This document shows, in pieces, positions 19,319-28,227 of a stretch of 64,000 nt of DNA. Made by a program: the position numbers and the translations under genes. Position 1 is the stretch's first letter; each line of letters starts with the position of its first letter. Below the pieces are notes generated by a model. The model was not told the DNA's origin. It saw only the letters and a list, made by a program, of their open reading frames with translations, and did not search any database. Source of the stretch: Spirochaetia bacterium (GTDB lineage Bacteria > Spirochaetota > Spirochaetia > DSM-16054 > Sediminispirochaetaceae); the NCBI GenBank assembly GCA_034520965.1, contig JAXHMY010000001.1, forward strand, positions 352,001-416,000. The letters are read 5' to 3'.

Positions 19319-20124
19319 GGAATAGGGTCAGAGAACAGCCACTTTACCGCATCCTGAATGAGTGGAGTCATAACAACAATAGCAATATTATCTTTGCGCT
19401 TATCAATAGCCTTCTGCAGTTTATTTTCATTGTAGCGCCGGTGCAGCTCCTCTTTCTGTTGTTCTACCCTGCCGAGTACTTCGTCATCGAGAGTTTTGAA
19501 CGGATCGAGGGTGTACAAAACCAATACCTTCAGAACCGGATCTCGGACGGCATGAGAAAGGGCTAAGAGTTCCTCACGTCCTTCGGAGTGTTCATGCTGC
19601 ATTAATTCGCCGAAGGCGTACAGAAACCGTATCCACTGTTGATGCGGAACCTTTTCTGCTTTAAACTCATAAAAGAATTTAACCATGTCGGCATGGTTCT
19701 TGTGAAGTACTTTTGGCATTCCCAGTTCAAGGGCAAACTTCTTAACCAAGTTCGGACGTTTTGCACGAAGGGTCTGCTCCAGAGGCTCAATTTTGCTGAT
19801 ATTGCCCGTTACAAAGTATGAGTGAATAAGGGCACGCACATAGGATGTACGGGCATGGCCTTTTTGCATTATCTCATTTTCCAGGAAACGCACTAGATCG
19901 GGCCAGTTTTCAGCCTCAAGCAGAGTAAATAATCGCCAGTTCATGAAAAAATAGCTGTCTATTGCTATTATTATGACTAGGAAGATGAGCGGTAAGTACC
20001 AGGATGAGGCCCAGAAGCTGCGTGAATATTCGCCTCCCAGCATCATAAACGGCATAAAAATGACAACTGCAAAGGATAAAAGGATGAGAAGGTTGAAAAG
20101 TAAAAAAATTAACTTAAATTTCAC
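19315..20124 (-). CDS. Hypothetical membrane protein (2 N-terminal TMs, helical C-terminus)
   Basis: Open frame; GTG start at 20124 with AGGAG SD; promoter TTGACC-17-TACACT at 20154-20182. Confidence 0.8.
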   Translation of the reverse strand: MKFKLIFLLFNLLILLSFAVVIFMPFMMLGGEYSRSFWASSWYLPLIFLVIIIAIDSYFFMNWRLFTLLEAENWPDLVRFLENEIMQKGHARTSYVRALIHSYFVTGNISKIEPLEQTLRAKRPNLVKKFALELGMPKVLHKNHADMVKFFYEFKAEKVPHQQWIRFLYAFGELMQHEHSEGREELLALSHAVRDPVLKVLVLYTLDPFKTLDDEVLGRVEQQKEELHRRYNENKLQKAIDKRKDNIAIVVMTPLIQDAVKWLFSDPIP

Positions 20125-20184
20125 GCTTTTTTCTCCTATAATATATATGAGAGAGTGTACTTTATACAATTTAAGGGGTCAACG

Positions 20185-20307
20185 CAGGAGTTCTAATTTT
20201 GGAAGTCTTTTGACTTCCAAAATTAGAATAACCACAAACCCTTTAAGATAAATTACTTATCCTAAAGAAAAGGTGAGCATTCTAAATTTGAAAATTTAGA
20301 ATCGCTG
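20185..20307. mobile_element. MITE family A, copy 1 (123 bp)
   Basis: Ends CAGGAGTTCT / AGAATCGCTG; 9-bp direct repeat GGGTCAACG at 20176-20184 and 20308-20316; 17-bp perfect hairpin 20191-20228. Confidence 0.85.
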
Positions 20308-20325
20308 GGGTCAACGGTCACTTAT

Positions 20326-21483
20326 ATGAAAAAGGTTTCGGTAAACCAACTACAGGTAAACACCTACATCGATGCTCCGGTCTATCTCGATTCAAAATAT
20401 ATTTTACTCTCTCCGGAAACTCCAATCACCGAAGAGCTCATTAAACGGCTGGAAAAGTGGCATTACGAGCAAGTACTCACCGACGGACTTCCCTCAGGTG
20501 CTCCCCCGACCTCTGGAGGAGGGAACGAGGGAGAATCTTTACTGGACCAGGATATAAAGGACCATGAGGCAGAGAAACAGGCAACCGACTTTTTTAACAA
20601 CATGGTTAAAAAGATCAATGAACTGTTCAATCACTTCCTTGAGAAAGGGCTTATCTATCATGATAGTGTCATTGAGATTGCCAAAGAGATCATGGAAGAG
20701 CTAAAACACAATAAGAGATTTTTGCTAAGTGTATATATTCCCGAACGAGAAAACGTCAACTATGTGGTGCCCCACGCAGTCAAGACAGCGGTATTTGCCC
20801 TGGCAGTGGCCGACTTTCTACGGCTTCCTCCACACAAGCAGATTGATCTTGGAACTGCGGCTTTGATGCATGAAATCGGAATGCTCCGCATTCCTCCAGA
20901 AGTCTACCAGCACGACCGCCGTCTCAGCGAACAAGAGCGAAAAACTATTATAGCCCATCCTGTCATCAGTTATAAAATCCTGAAAGAGGCCGGTTTTCCA
21001 CCGGCTGTGTGCGTTGCAGTGCTTGAGCATCATGAGTATGTTGATGGTACCGGATATCCACGCAAACTGAAGGGCGATGATATTTCTCTCTACGGAAAAA
21101 TAGTAGGCGTAGCATCTGCTTATTCGGCAGCAACCTCTAAACGACCCTTTCGTGACGGGCGTGATGGACATACTAGTATCATGGACCTTGCGAAAGAGAT
21201 GGGCAAACGGTACGATGAGCGTATTCTACGCGCTTTAGTCTACACGCTATCGGTGTATCCAATTGGTACCTATGTTCGCATGTCCAATGGGGCCACAGGG
21301 GTTATTGTAAAGACCGATCCAAAGGAGCCCAAACATCCGTTGGTTCGGCTGCTGATAAATGAGAACAAAACCCCCTTCCGCGATCGACCAATCGTTCAGC
21401 CGAAAGACAATGATGAAGTTGTCATCGAACGTCCACTTACTAAAAACGAAGTAAAAGAGTTGAAAGAATACATTCAGCAATAA
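20326..21483 (+). CDS. HD-GYP domain protein (c-di-GMP phosphodiesterase-like, variant motif)
   Basis: MHEIG, AHP, EHHEYVDGTGYP, RPFR, YPIGTYV. Confidence 0.9.
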   Translation: MKKVSVNQLQVNTYIDAPVYLDSKYILLSPETPITEELIKRLEKWHYEQVLTDGLPSGAPPTSGGGNEGESLLDQDIKDHEAEKQATDFFNNMVKKINELFNHFLEKGLIYHDSVIEIAKEIMEELKHNKRFLLSVYIPERENVNYVVPHAVKTAVFALAVADFLRLPPHKQIDLGTAALMHEIGMLRIPPEVYQHDRRLSEQERKTIIAHPVISYKILKEAGFPPAVCVAVLEHHEYVDGTGYPRKLKGDDISLYGKIVGVASAYSAATSKRPFRDGRDGHTSIMDLAKEMGKRYDERILRALVYTLSVYPIGTYVRMSNGATGVIVKTDPKEPKHPLVRLLINENKTPFRDRPIVQPKDNDEVVIERPLTKNEVKELKEYIQQ

Positions 21484-21499
21484 CCTCATTACTACTGAA

Positions 21500-22732
21500 A
21501 TGAAAGCGATATACAATATGAAAACTACAACAATGAATCGTAAGATTGAACAGTTGCTCCTGTCGCTGCACACAGAAGCTGTTGGATCAAGCAACTATGC
21601 AGCTGCAGTCGATGAACTCAAAAATCTAATAACAAGCCCCTATCTTTATCGTGATGATACAAAGTTCAAACTCCCGGAGGGGATGGCGGAGGAGTCTATT
21701 ATCGTATCGGATGCTCTGGAATCGGTGACTAACGGTATGTATAATCCGGAGGTTCTCAACCGCCTACAGGAGATTACCGGAGACTCACCCTTCTATCCGT
21801 GGAAGAACGCCGTATTGTCGATACTCTCCTATTACCAATCCGACCGGGATAATATGCTGCAGCTGCTCGAACAGATACCCGCAGAAAGCCCGCCTGCAGT
21901 ACTCAAACCAATCCTTCTTCACCTGAGTCGGGTGGACACTGCTACTCCCCCCGCCTCCTGCGCCCATGATCTGATAGAGGCGGTACGCGAAGACCGGGCC
22001 TTTCTACAAAGCGCTGTTGAACAGCTCTCAGAGTACCTCGAAGACCAACTGGAAGAGGCTTTCAACGAAACGGCAATGCTTCTGGTGCAGGACCTACTTC
22101 CTTCTTATCCACAGGCCGCCCGGCGCCTGGCCTTATGGAGTATGCAGACGGCCGCTGAACAGGAGCATGACCTGAGTTTTATTCTCGGCCGTTTTAAAAT
22201 AATGTTTGGAGAAGTCGAGGGGCTGCGCCTTACCGCTATCGCCCTTCAATCCATTGAACCGGATATTAGCATACTGTTTTGGCTGCGTTATGCTATTGGA
22301 AACTTAGCCTCCGGACTTGTTACTCAGACAGAGTTAGCAGCGCTTCTATCTCTTATTGCCGATATCATTCAGAACTTTCAAAGAGACGACACCTACCTGC
22401 AGTTGTATGAAAATCGGGAGTACTCGAGAGGACTGACGTCTCTAGTAAAAAAACTATACGATGAGGTTCAAATTCACCTGCAGGAGGTGGACTCCCCCTT
22501 GGATACTTTATTTCAAGCACCTACTCCCCCGCAGGATGCGTACTCCTGGCTGAATCTTTTAGTCCAAATAAACTTAACCGCACCGGTTTCTCTCTCTACC
22601 CCACAAGCTCAGGATGTCTCCCGGGCTCAGGAAGAAACCGAAAGTTCTCCGCCAGCAATTGGTACGGAAACAGCACAGCTCAGCGACCCGGCCCAAGACC
22701 GGAGTGCACCGCGGCAACTCGAATTATTTTAA
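21500..22732 (+). CDS. Hypothetical helical protein with disordered tail ending in QLELF
   Basis: 410-aa ORF in a co-oriented unit; start uncertain (three Met codons). Confidence 0.8.
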   Translation: MKAIYNMKTTTMNRKIEQLLLSLHTEAVGSSNYAAAVDELKNLITSPYLYRDDTKFKLPEGMAEESIIVSDALESVTNGMYNPEVLNRLQEITGDSPFYPWKNAVLSILSYYQSDRDNMLQLLEQIPAESPPAVLKPILLHLSRVDTATPPASCAHDLIEAVREDRAFLQSAVEQLSEYLEDQLEEAFNETAMLLVQDLLPSYPQAARRLALWSMQTAAEQEHDLSFILGRFKIMFGEVEGLRLTAIALQSIEPDISILFWLRYAIGNLASGLVTQTELAALLSLIADIIQNFQRDDTYLQLYENREYSRGLTSLVKKLYDEVQIHLQEVDSPLDTLFQAPTPPQDAYSWLNLLVQINLTAPVSLSTPQAQDVSRAQEETESSPPAIGTETAQLSDPAQDRSAPRQLELF

Positions 22733-22743
22733 GGAGAAACAGT

Positions 22744-22941
22744 ATGAGCATTGACACCGAGAGTATCCGCCGGAGGAAAGCAGAACTTCTGCAACCCCAA
22801 GCACTTGATAACCTTAAAGAGTTAGAAAAAATAGTCGAGCCAAAGCCCCACTATGTAGGTCCTGGTCCGTGGCTCAAAGCAATACAAGCGGCGGTAAAGG
22901 CGGCAGATCATACTAGGGGAGGACGCAATGTACACAGTTGA
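22744..22941 (+). CDS. Small hypothetical protein (65 aa)
   Basis: AAGGAG SD upstream; fills the gap between two genes and overlaps the next start. Confidence 0.6.
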   Translation: MSIDTESIRRRKAELLQPQALDNLKELEKIVEPKPHYVGPGPWLKAIQAAVKAADHTRGGRNVHS

Positions 22942-24589
22942 GGTAAGCCTGGAGTCAGGTGAACGCCGCGAGTACCCCTATGGTACCCGGGTAAGTACTA
23001 TTTTTGAGAAAGGTATGAGCAGCCGGGATGCAAACCCGATTGTTGCCGCTTTAGTGAATAACACCCTTACTTCTCTCTCCTACAAGGTAGAGATTAACAC
23101 TGAGGTCAAACCGGTTCGCCTTTACAGCCATTACGGCAATCGCATCTACCGCCGGTCCCTCAGCTTTCTGTTGGCGAAGGCCTCCCAAGAACTGTTTCCC
23201 GACCGACATCTTATTATCGGTCACAGCCTGGGTGATGGTTTTTATTACTATTTTGAAGATCTGTCTTCCGTCTCAGATGAAGATATCCAGCTGCTGGAAC
23301 AGAAGATGCATTCCCTCGTCCAGCAGGCCCTCCCGATAGAACGTCAGGTACTCTCATACAAGCAGACAGTCGAGTATGTAAGTAAATCAGGTTTAGATGC
23401 CACAGAAAAGCTGCTGAAGTATAAAAATGAACCCAAAATCCCGGTATATAACTGCGGCGGTTACATCGACCTCTCCTATGAGCCCTTAGTGGCAAGTACG
23501 GACCTCCTGTTTATTTTTGAGCTCCGTAATTACGCTCCCGGATTCTTACTTCGATTCCCGCAGTCTGTAAGCCCGGACAAAATTGCTGAGTTTCAAGATA
23601 ACCCGGTGCTCTTCTCAATATTCAAGGAGTATAAAGCCTGGGGGAAAATTCTGGATGTAAACTGCACCGGCCGTCTAAATGAGCTTATCGAAAACAGGGA
23701 GATTGCCCATTTTATTCAAGTGGCCGAAGGACTGCATGAAAAAAAGATTTCCCTGATAGCCGATCAAATTCATGAACAACGGGACAAAGTGAAGGTAGTA
23801 CTCATTGCCGGTCCTTCATCCTCCGGTAAAACCACATTTACCAGGCGCCTGGCAATTCAGCTGAGAGTTCTCGGATTCAATCCTGTAATCATCGGCCTGG
23901 ACGATTACTTTCTTCCGAAAGATCAAACTCCGCTTGATGAACAGGGCAAACCAAATTTCGAAGATCTGCATGCCCTGAATGTAAAACTGTTGAACGACCA
24001 CCTGCTTTCACTTTTTGACGGCCGGGAGGTTGAGATTCCAATTTTTGATTTTAAGTTGCAGAGACCGAAAGAGCAGGGAACAAAACTGCAGTTTAGCAAC
24101 CGGAGTATTCTGTTGATGGAGGGAATCCACGGACTCAATCCAAATCTGACTCCAAATATTCCTGAAGAGAGAAAATACAGGGTTTATATCTCAGCCCTTA
24201 CTCAGCTCAATCTGGATGACCACAACCGAATCTCGACCACCGATAACCGCCTCATTCGACGTATCGTCAGAGACCATCAGTTTCGTGGTAACCCGGCTCT
24301 CGGAACCCTGAACATGTGGGATTCCGTCAGGCGCGGCGAGAACAAGAATATTTTTCCCTATCAGAACGAGGCCGACTCCGCCTTTAACTCTGCTCTGGAT
24401 TACGAACTATCTGTACTAAAACCGTTCGTAGAACCACTGCTTAAGACCGTGAAACCCCATCACGAGATGTACAATGAGGCACGACGACTATTGTCATTCC
24501 TGGAAAACTTCAGCCCGATCCCACCGACACTGGTGCCACATCATTCAATCTTACGGGAGTTCGTCGGCGGCAGTATTTTTTACACCTAA
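22928..24589 (+). CDS. Nucleoside/uridine kinase family protein fused to ThrRS-like N-terminal (TGS + editing-like) domains
   Basis: IYRRSLSFLL/GHSLGDGFYY N-terminal region; IAGPSSSGKTT P-loop, LDDYF, EGIHGLN, DNRLIRRIVRD. Confidence 0.88.
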   Translation: MYTVEVSLESGERREYPYGTRVSTIFEKGMSSRDANPIVAALVNNTLTSLSYKVEINTEVKPVRLYSHYGNRIYRRSLSFLLAKASQELFPDRHLIIGHSLGDGFYYYFEDLSSVSDEDIQLLEQKMHSLVQQALPIERQVLSYKQTVEYVSKSGLDATEKLLKYKNEPKIPVYNCGGYIDLSYEPLVASTDLLFIFELRNYAPGFLLRFPQSVSPDKIAEFQDNPVLFSIFKEYKAWGKILDVNCTGRLNELIENREIAHFIQVAEGLHEKKISLIADQIHEQRDKVKVVLIAGPSSSGKTTFTRRLAIQLRVLGFNPVIIGLDDYFLPKDQTPLDEQGKPNFEDLHALNVKLLNDHLLSLFDGREVEIPIFDFKLQRPKEQGTKLQFSNRSILLMEGIHGLNPNLTPNIPEERKYRVYISALTQLNLDDHNRISTTDNRLIRRIVRDHQFRGNPALGTLNMWDSVRRGENKNIFPYQNEADSAFNSALDYELSVLKPFVEPLLKTVKPHHEMYNEARRLLSFLENFSPIPPTLVPHHSILREFVGGSIFYT

Positions 24590-24594
24590 AACGG

Positions 24595-25347
24595 CTAAAT
24601 AGAAATGGCGCGGGAGTCGCTCATACGGGCTTTTATGTGTTCAAGGTCAATCCAGCTGCTCCAAGAACCCCTTTTGGTAGGAGCGCTCAACATTTCCGGC
24701 AGCATTTCTAAAAAATCATTTCTGTCTATCTCATAGGCTCCAAACTGGGTAAGATGCTCGGTGTATACCTGGCAATCAATTAATCCGAAATCCTTCTCTT
24801 CCAGCGCCTCAGTCAAAAGAACAAAGGCAGTCTTAGAGGCGTTACTGGTATGGGAGAACATAGATTCACCAAAAAAAACTCGGCCCAGGGAAACTCCGTA
24901 TAGACCGCCTACCAGCTCCCCCTCCTGCCACACCTCAACTGAATGGGCATAGCCTAAATTGTGGAGATAATTATAAGCCTGCTGCATTTCATTCACAATC
25001 CAGGTACCATCCTGTTCTTTTCGGGGTACCTGGGCACATTCGCGTATTACCTCCGGAAAAGCTTGATCTACAGTTATGGTGAAGGAGTTTTTCCGCAATT
25101 CCTTTCGGAGTGATCTTGGAATATGCAATTCCTTCGGAATAAGAATAAAGCGAGGGTCGGGGCTCCACCACAGAATGGGACTCTCATCATCATACCACGG
25201 AAAAATGCCCTGCCTATATGCAGACAACAGAATTCCCGGGGAGAGATTTCCATGCACAGCTACGATCCCAAGGGGCGAAACATCCTCAAACGAAAATATG
25301 AGATGCTGGTCCTCGTTTAGTCGGGGCACATCACGCAGATTCAGCAT
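24595..25347 (-). CDS. aat: Leucyl/phenylalanyl-tRNA--protein transferase
   Basis: AYRQGIFPW, WWSPDPR, GYAHSVEVW, FFGESMF, IDCQ; start placed at ATG 25347. Confidence 0.95.
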   Translation of the reverse strand: MLNLRDVPRLNEDQHLIFSFEDVSPLGIVAVHGNLSPGILLSAYRQGIFPWYDDESPILWWSPDPRFILIPKELHIPRSLRKELRKNSFTITVDQAFPEVIRECAQVPRKEQDGTWIVNEMQQAYNYLHNLGYAHSVEVWQEGELVGGLYGVSLGRVFFGESMFSHTSNASKTAFVLLTEALEEKDFGLIDCQVYTEHLTQFGAYEIDRNDFLEMLPEMLSAPTKRGSWSSWIDLEHIKARMSDSRAISI

Positions 25348-27748
25348 CGATATGTATCTCCCCTTCGCGAACATCCACCACTGCCTTGCCCCCGTTCTGT
25401 AATTTACCAAACAGGACTTCATCTACAAAGTAATCTTTTATCTTCTCCTGTATAAGCCGCGAGATATTTCGTGCGCCGAATTCCGCCGAATATCCGTTAT
25501 CAGCAAACCACTGTCGAGCAGCATCGGTTACCTCCAGCTGGACCTGCTTCTCTTCAAGCTGCCGGCTAAACTCACGCAGCTCCTTATCTACAATCTGCAG
25601 CACAACTTCATTCGGAAGTCGATTGAAGGTGACTACCTTATCCAAACGGTTGCGAAACTCCGGACTGAAGAGACGGTCTACGGCATCACGTATAGCCCCC
25701 TCGGAAACCCGCTTTTCCCCAAAACCTATCATCGGCTTGTCTAAATCCCGGGCCCCGGCATTACTGGTCATTATCAACACTATGTTGCGAAAATCGGCAT
25801 GGCGACCACTGTTGTCGGTGAGAGTAGCATAATCCATTATCTGCAGCAGTATATTGAAAATATCCTGATGGGCTTTCTCTACCTCGTCTAACAACAACAC
25901 CGCATGGGGCTGTTTGCGAATGGCATCCGTGAGCAGCCCTCCCTCTTCGTAACCGACATAGCCGGGAGGTGAACCTACAAGGCGGCTGACTGTGTGCTTT
26001 TCCTGATATTCACTCATATCAAAACGCAAAAGCTCTACTCCCAGAGTTTCGGCTAATTGGCGTGCAAGTTCCGTCTTTCCTACTCCAGTGGGTCCGACAA
26101 ACAGCAGATTGGCTACAGGGCGGTCGGCTTTTCCAAACCCGGCCCGTGAACGCTTTACCGCCTTGGCCACTGTATCCACGGCCAGGTCCTGCCCATACAC
26201 CTGTTTTTTCAGGTTTTCATCTAAGTACTGAAGCTGCTCCGTCTCATGAGTAGACACTCGTTTCTCGGGAATCCGAGCAATCTTGGACACAACCCGTTCA
26301 ATCAGATGCTCATCGATGACTATAGTCGGCTCCGCTTTGGCTTGCTCACTTGGAGGGGCTTGCTCGCTTGGAGGGGTCTGATCACTTGTATCGAGCTCCA
26401 CTTTCTCCAGGGGCGTGCCAAGCTGTCGCTGAAATGTAAGCATCTGAGTATACGCACCGGCCTCATCAAGCACATCAATTGCTTTATCGGGCAGGTAACG
26501 GTCATTTATATACTGATCGGATAAATCTACAATTGCCTCTAGGGCACTGTCCTCGTATTTTACCCCATGATACTCTTCGTAACGTCCACGTATTCCCTTC
26601 AGTATTTCCAGGGTTTCATCACGGCTGGTTTCCTGCACTTCGATCTTTTGAAATCGGCGCGAGAGGGCTCGGTCTTTATCAAAGAACTTCTTAAACTCAT
26701 CATAAGTAGTTGCACCAACGCAGCGGATACTCCCTGATGAAATAGCCGGCTTAAGCAAGTTAGAGGCGTCCATCGCCCCTCCACTGACTGCTCCAGCACC
26801 GACTATCGAATGTATCTCATCGATAAAGAGTATTACCTTCTGTTCGGTTTCCAGTTCTTTTAAGACCTGTTTCATTCGCTCTTCGAAATCACCGCGGTAT
26901 TTTGTACCTGCCAGCATCCCGCCCAAATCGAGGGAGTAGAGCTTATATCCCTTCAATGTTTTCGGCACACGATCTTCTGCAATCCGAGCTGCTAAACCCT
27001 CTGCAATCGCCGTCTTGCCGACTCCCGCCTCACCGACCAGCACTGGGTTGTTTTTTAAGCGTCGGCATAAGACCTGGATTGTGCGTTCGACCACACCCTC
27101 TCGGCCTATCAGAGTTTCCAGCTCGCCTTGCTCAGAAGCCTGAGTGAGTTCCCGGGTAAAACGCTGCAAAGCAGTTTTACGACGGCGTTTCTTCGTGTGT
27201 GCAGCCGAGTCCTGTCCTTCGGACAAATCCTCCGGCGCAAATCCATCTTCCATTTCGCTTTCATCGAGCTCATCGTCAGTGTCCTCAGAATACAACTCAT
27301 CTTCCGTATCAACCTCAGACTCAGCAAATATTCCTCCATGACTTATCATGCGCAGCAGCTTATAGCGGCTCACCCCCGCATTCTGCAGAAAATAAGAACC
27401 GAAGCTCTCCTCCTGATCAAACAGTGAAACCAGGAGGTCCCCTAAATCAACCACGTCCTTTGAGGAGTGTTCGGTATGAAAGATTGCCTGCTCAATGACC
27501 TCTTGTACTCCAATAGTTTGTATAGGCTCTGCGTTCTCAACCTTTGGAATATAGGTGCCTAGATAATCCTCTACATCCCTTTTTATGGTGCCGCTGTCGG
27601 CTCCACAGCCGTCTATCAACTGTTGGACAGTTTCAAAAAACAGGGCAGCATACAGGATGTGCTCCGGGGTAAGATATTCATTTCGCCGCTCTTTCGCCTC
27701 AAGGTATGCGGCGTTAATTACACCTTGTACATCATCCGATATTTTCAT
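25331..27748 (-). CDS. clpA: ATP-dependent Clp protease ATP-binding subunit ClpA
   Basis: Two AAA+ modules (GEAGVGKT, GPTGVGKT), no M-domain, IGF loop; lies between clpS and aat. Confidence 0.96.
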   Translation of the reverse strand: MKISDDVQGVINAAYLEAKERRNEYLTPEHILYAALFFETVQQLIDGCGADSGTIKRDVEDYLGTYIPKVENAEPIQTIGVQEVIEQAIFHTEHSSKDVVDLGDLLVSLFDQEESFGSYFLQNAGVSRYKLLRMISHGGIFAESEVDTEDELYSEDTDDELDESEMEDGFAPEDLSEGQDSAAHTKKRRRKTALQRFTRELTQASEQGELETLIGREGVVERTIQVLCRRLKNNPVLVGEAGVGKTAIAEGLAARIAEDRVPKTLKGYKLYSLDLGGMLAGTKYRGDFEERMKQVLKELETEQKVILFIDEIHSIVGAGAVSGGAMDASNLLKPAISSGSIRCVGATTYDEFKKFFDKDRALSRRFQKIEVQETSRDETLEILKGIRGRYEEYHGVKYEDSALEAIVDLSDQYINDRYLPDKAIDVLDEAGAYTQMLTFQRQLGTPLEKVELDTSDQTPPSEQAPPSEQAKAEPTIVIDEHLIERVVSKIARIPEKRVSTHETEQLQYLDENLKKQVYGQDLAVDTVAKAVKRSRAGFGKADRPVANLLFVGPTGVGKTELARQLAETLGVELLRFDMSEYQEKHTVSRLVGSPPGYVGYEEGGLLTDAIRKQPHAVLLLDEVEKAHQDIFNILLQIMDYATLTDNSGRHADFRNIVLIMTSNAGARDLDKPMIGFGEKRVSEGAIRDAVDRLFSPEFRNRLDKVVTFNRLPNEVVLQIVDKELREFSRQLEEKQVQLEVTDAARQWFADNGYSAEFGARNISRLIQEKIKDYFVDEVLFGKLQNGGKAVVDVREGEIHIDAESA

Positions 27749-27756
27749 TCGGCCTA

Positions 27757-28074
27757 TTACTCCTTCTCAAGTACACATTCCAAGGGATATTCGTTTTCCT
27801 TGGCCAATTGCTTGACCTGAACCGTTTTTGTACGGGCAATATCATAGGGAAAACGTCCTACTACCCCGCGCCCTTTCTTATGAACATCCATCATAACCTT
27901 AGTTGCCTCAGCCGCCGGCTTATGAAAAACCTTTTGTATAACCCATACGACAAAGTCCATAGTAGTATAGTCATCATTAAGAAGTACTACCTTAAATAAA
28001 TCGGGCTCTCTGGTTTTATGTTCCTGTTTCTCCTTAATTTCCGTGCCAAGCCCTTTGCGCGTCTCCTCAGCCAT
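27757..28074 (-). CDS. clpS: Clp protease adaptor ClpS
   Basis: VVLLNDDYTTMDFV, VHKKGRG, YPL. Confidence 0.97.
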   Translation of the reverse strand: MAEETRKGLGTEIKEKQEHKTREPDLFKVVLLNDDYTTMDFVVWVIQKVFHKPAAEATKVMMDVHKKGRGVVGRFPYDIARTKTVQVKQLAKENEYPLECVLEKE

Positions 28075-28118
28075 TATTGTTCCCCTCAGTTAAATGGTTC
28101 AATTTGATGTATATTTAA

Positions 28119-28147
28119 AGAGTACTCATTCAGAATTCAAGCGTCAA
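28119..28147 (-). promoter_or_regulatory. Sigma70 promoter of clpS-clpA-aat
   Basis: TTGACG-17 nt-TACTCT. Confidence 0.65.
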
Positions 28148-28227
28148 CAAGTATAATGAACTGGATCCCAAATTGGCTGCCGGTTCCGCTACCGATTCTC
28201 TAAAAAGTTTTGTTTTTTTGTATCCGA

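Noticed and set aside
20185..20307. CRISPR array suggested by recurring palindromes
   Set aside because: The copies are dispersed, not regularly interspaced with spacers; no cas genes
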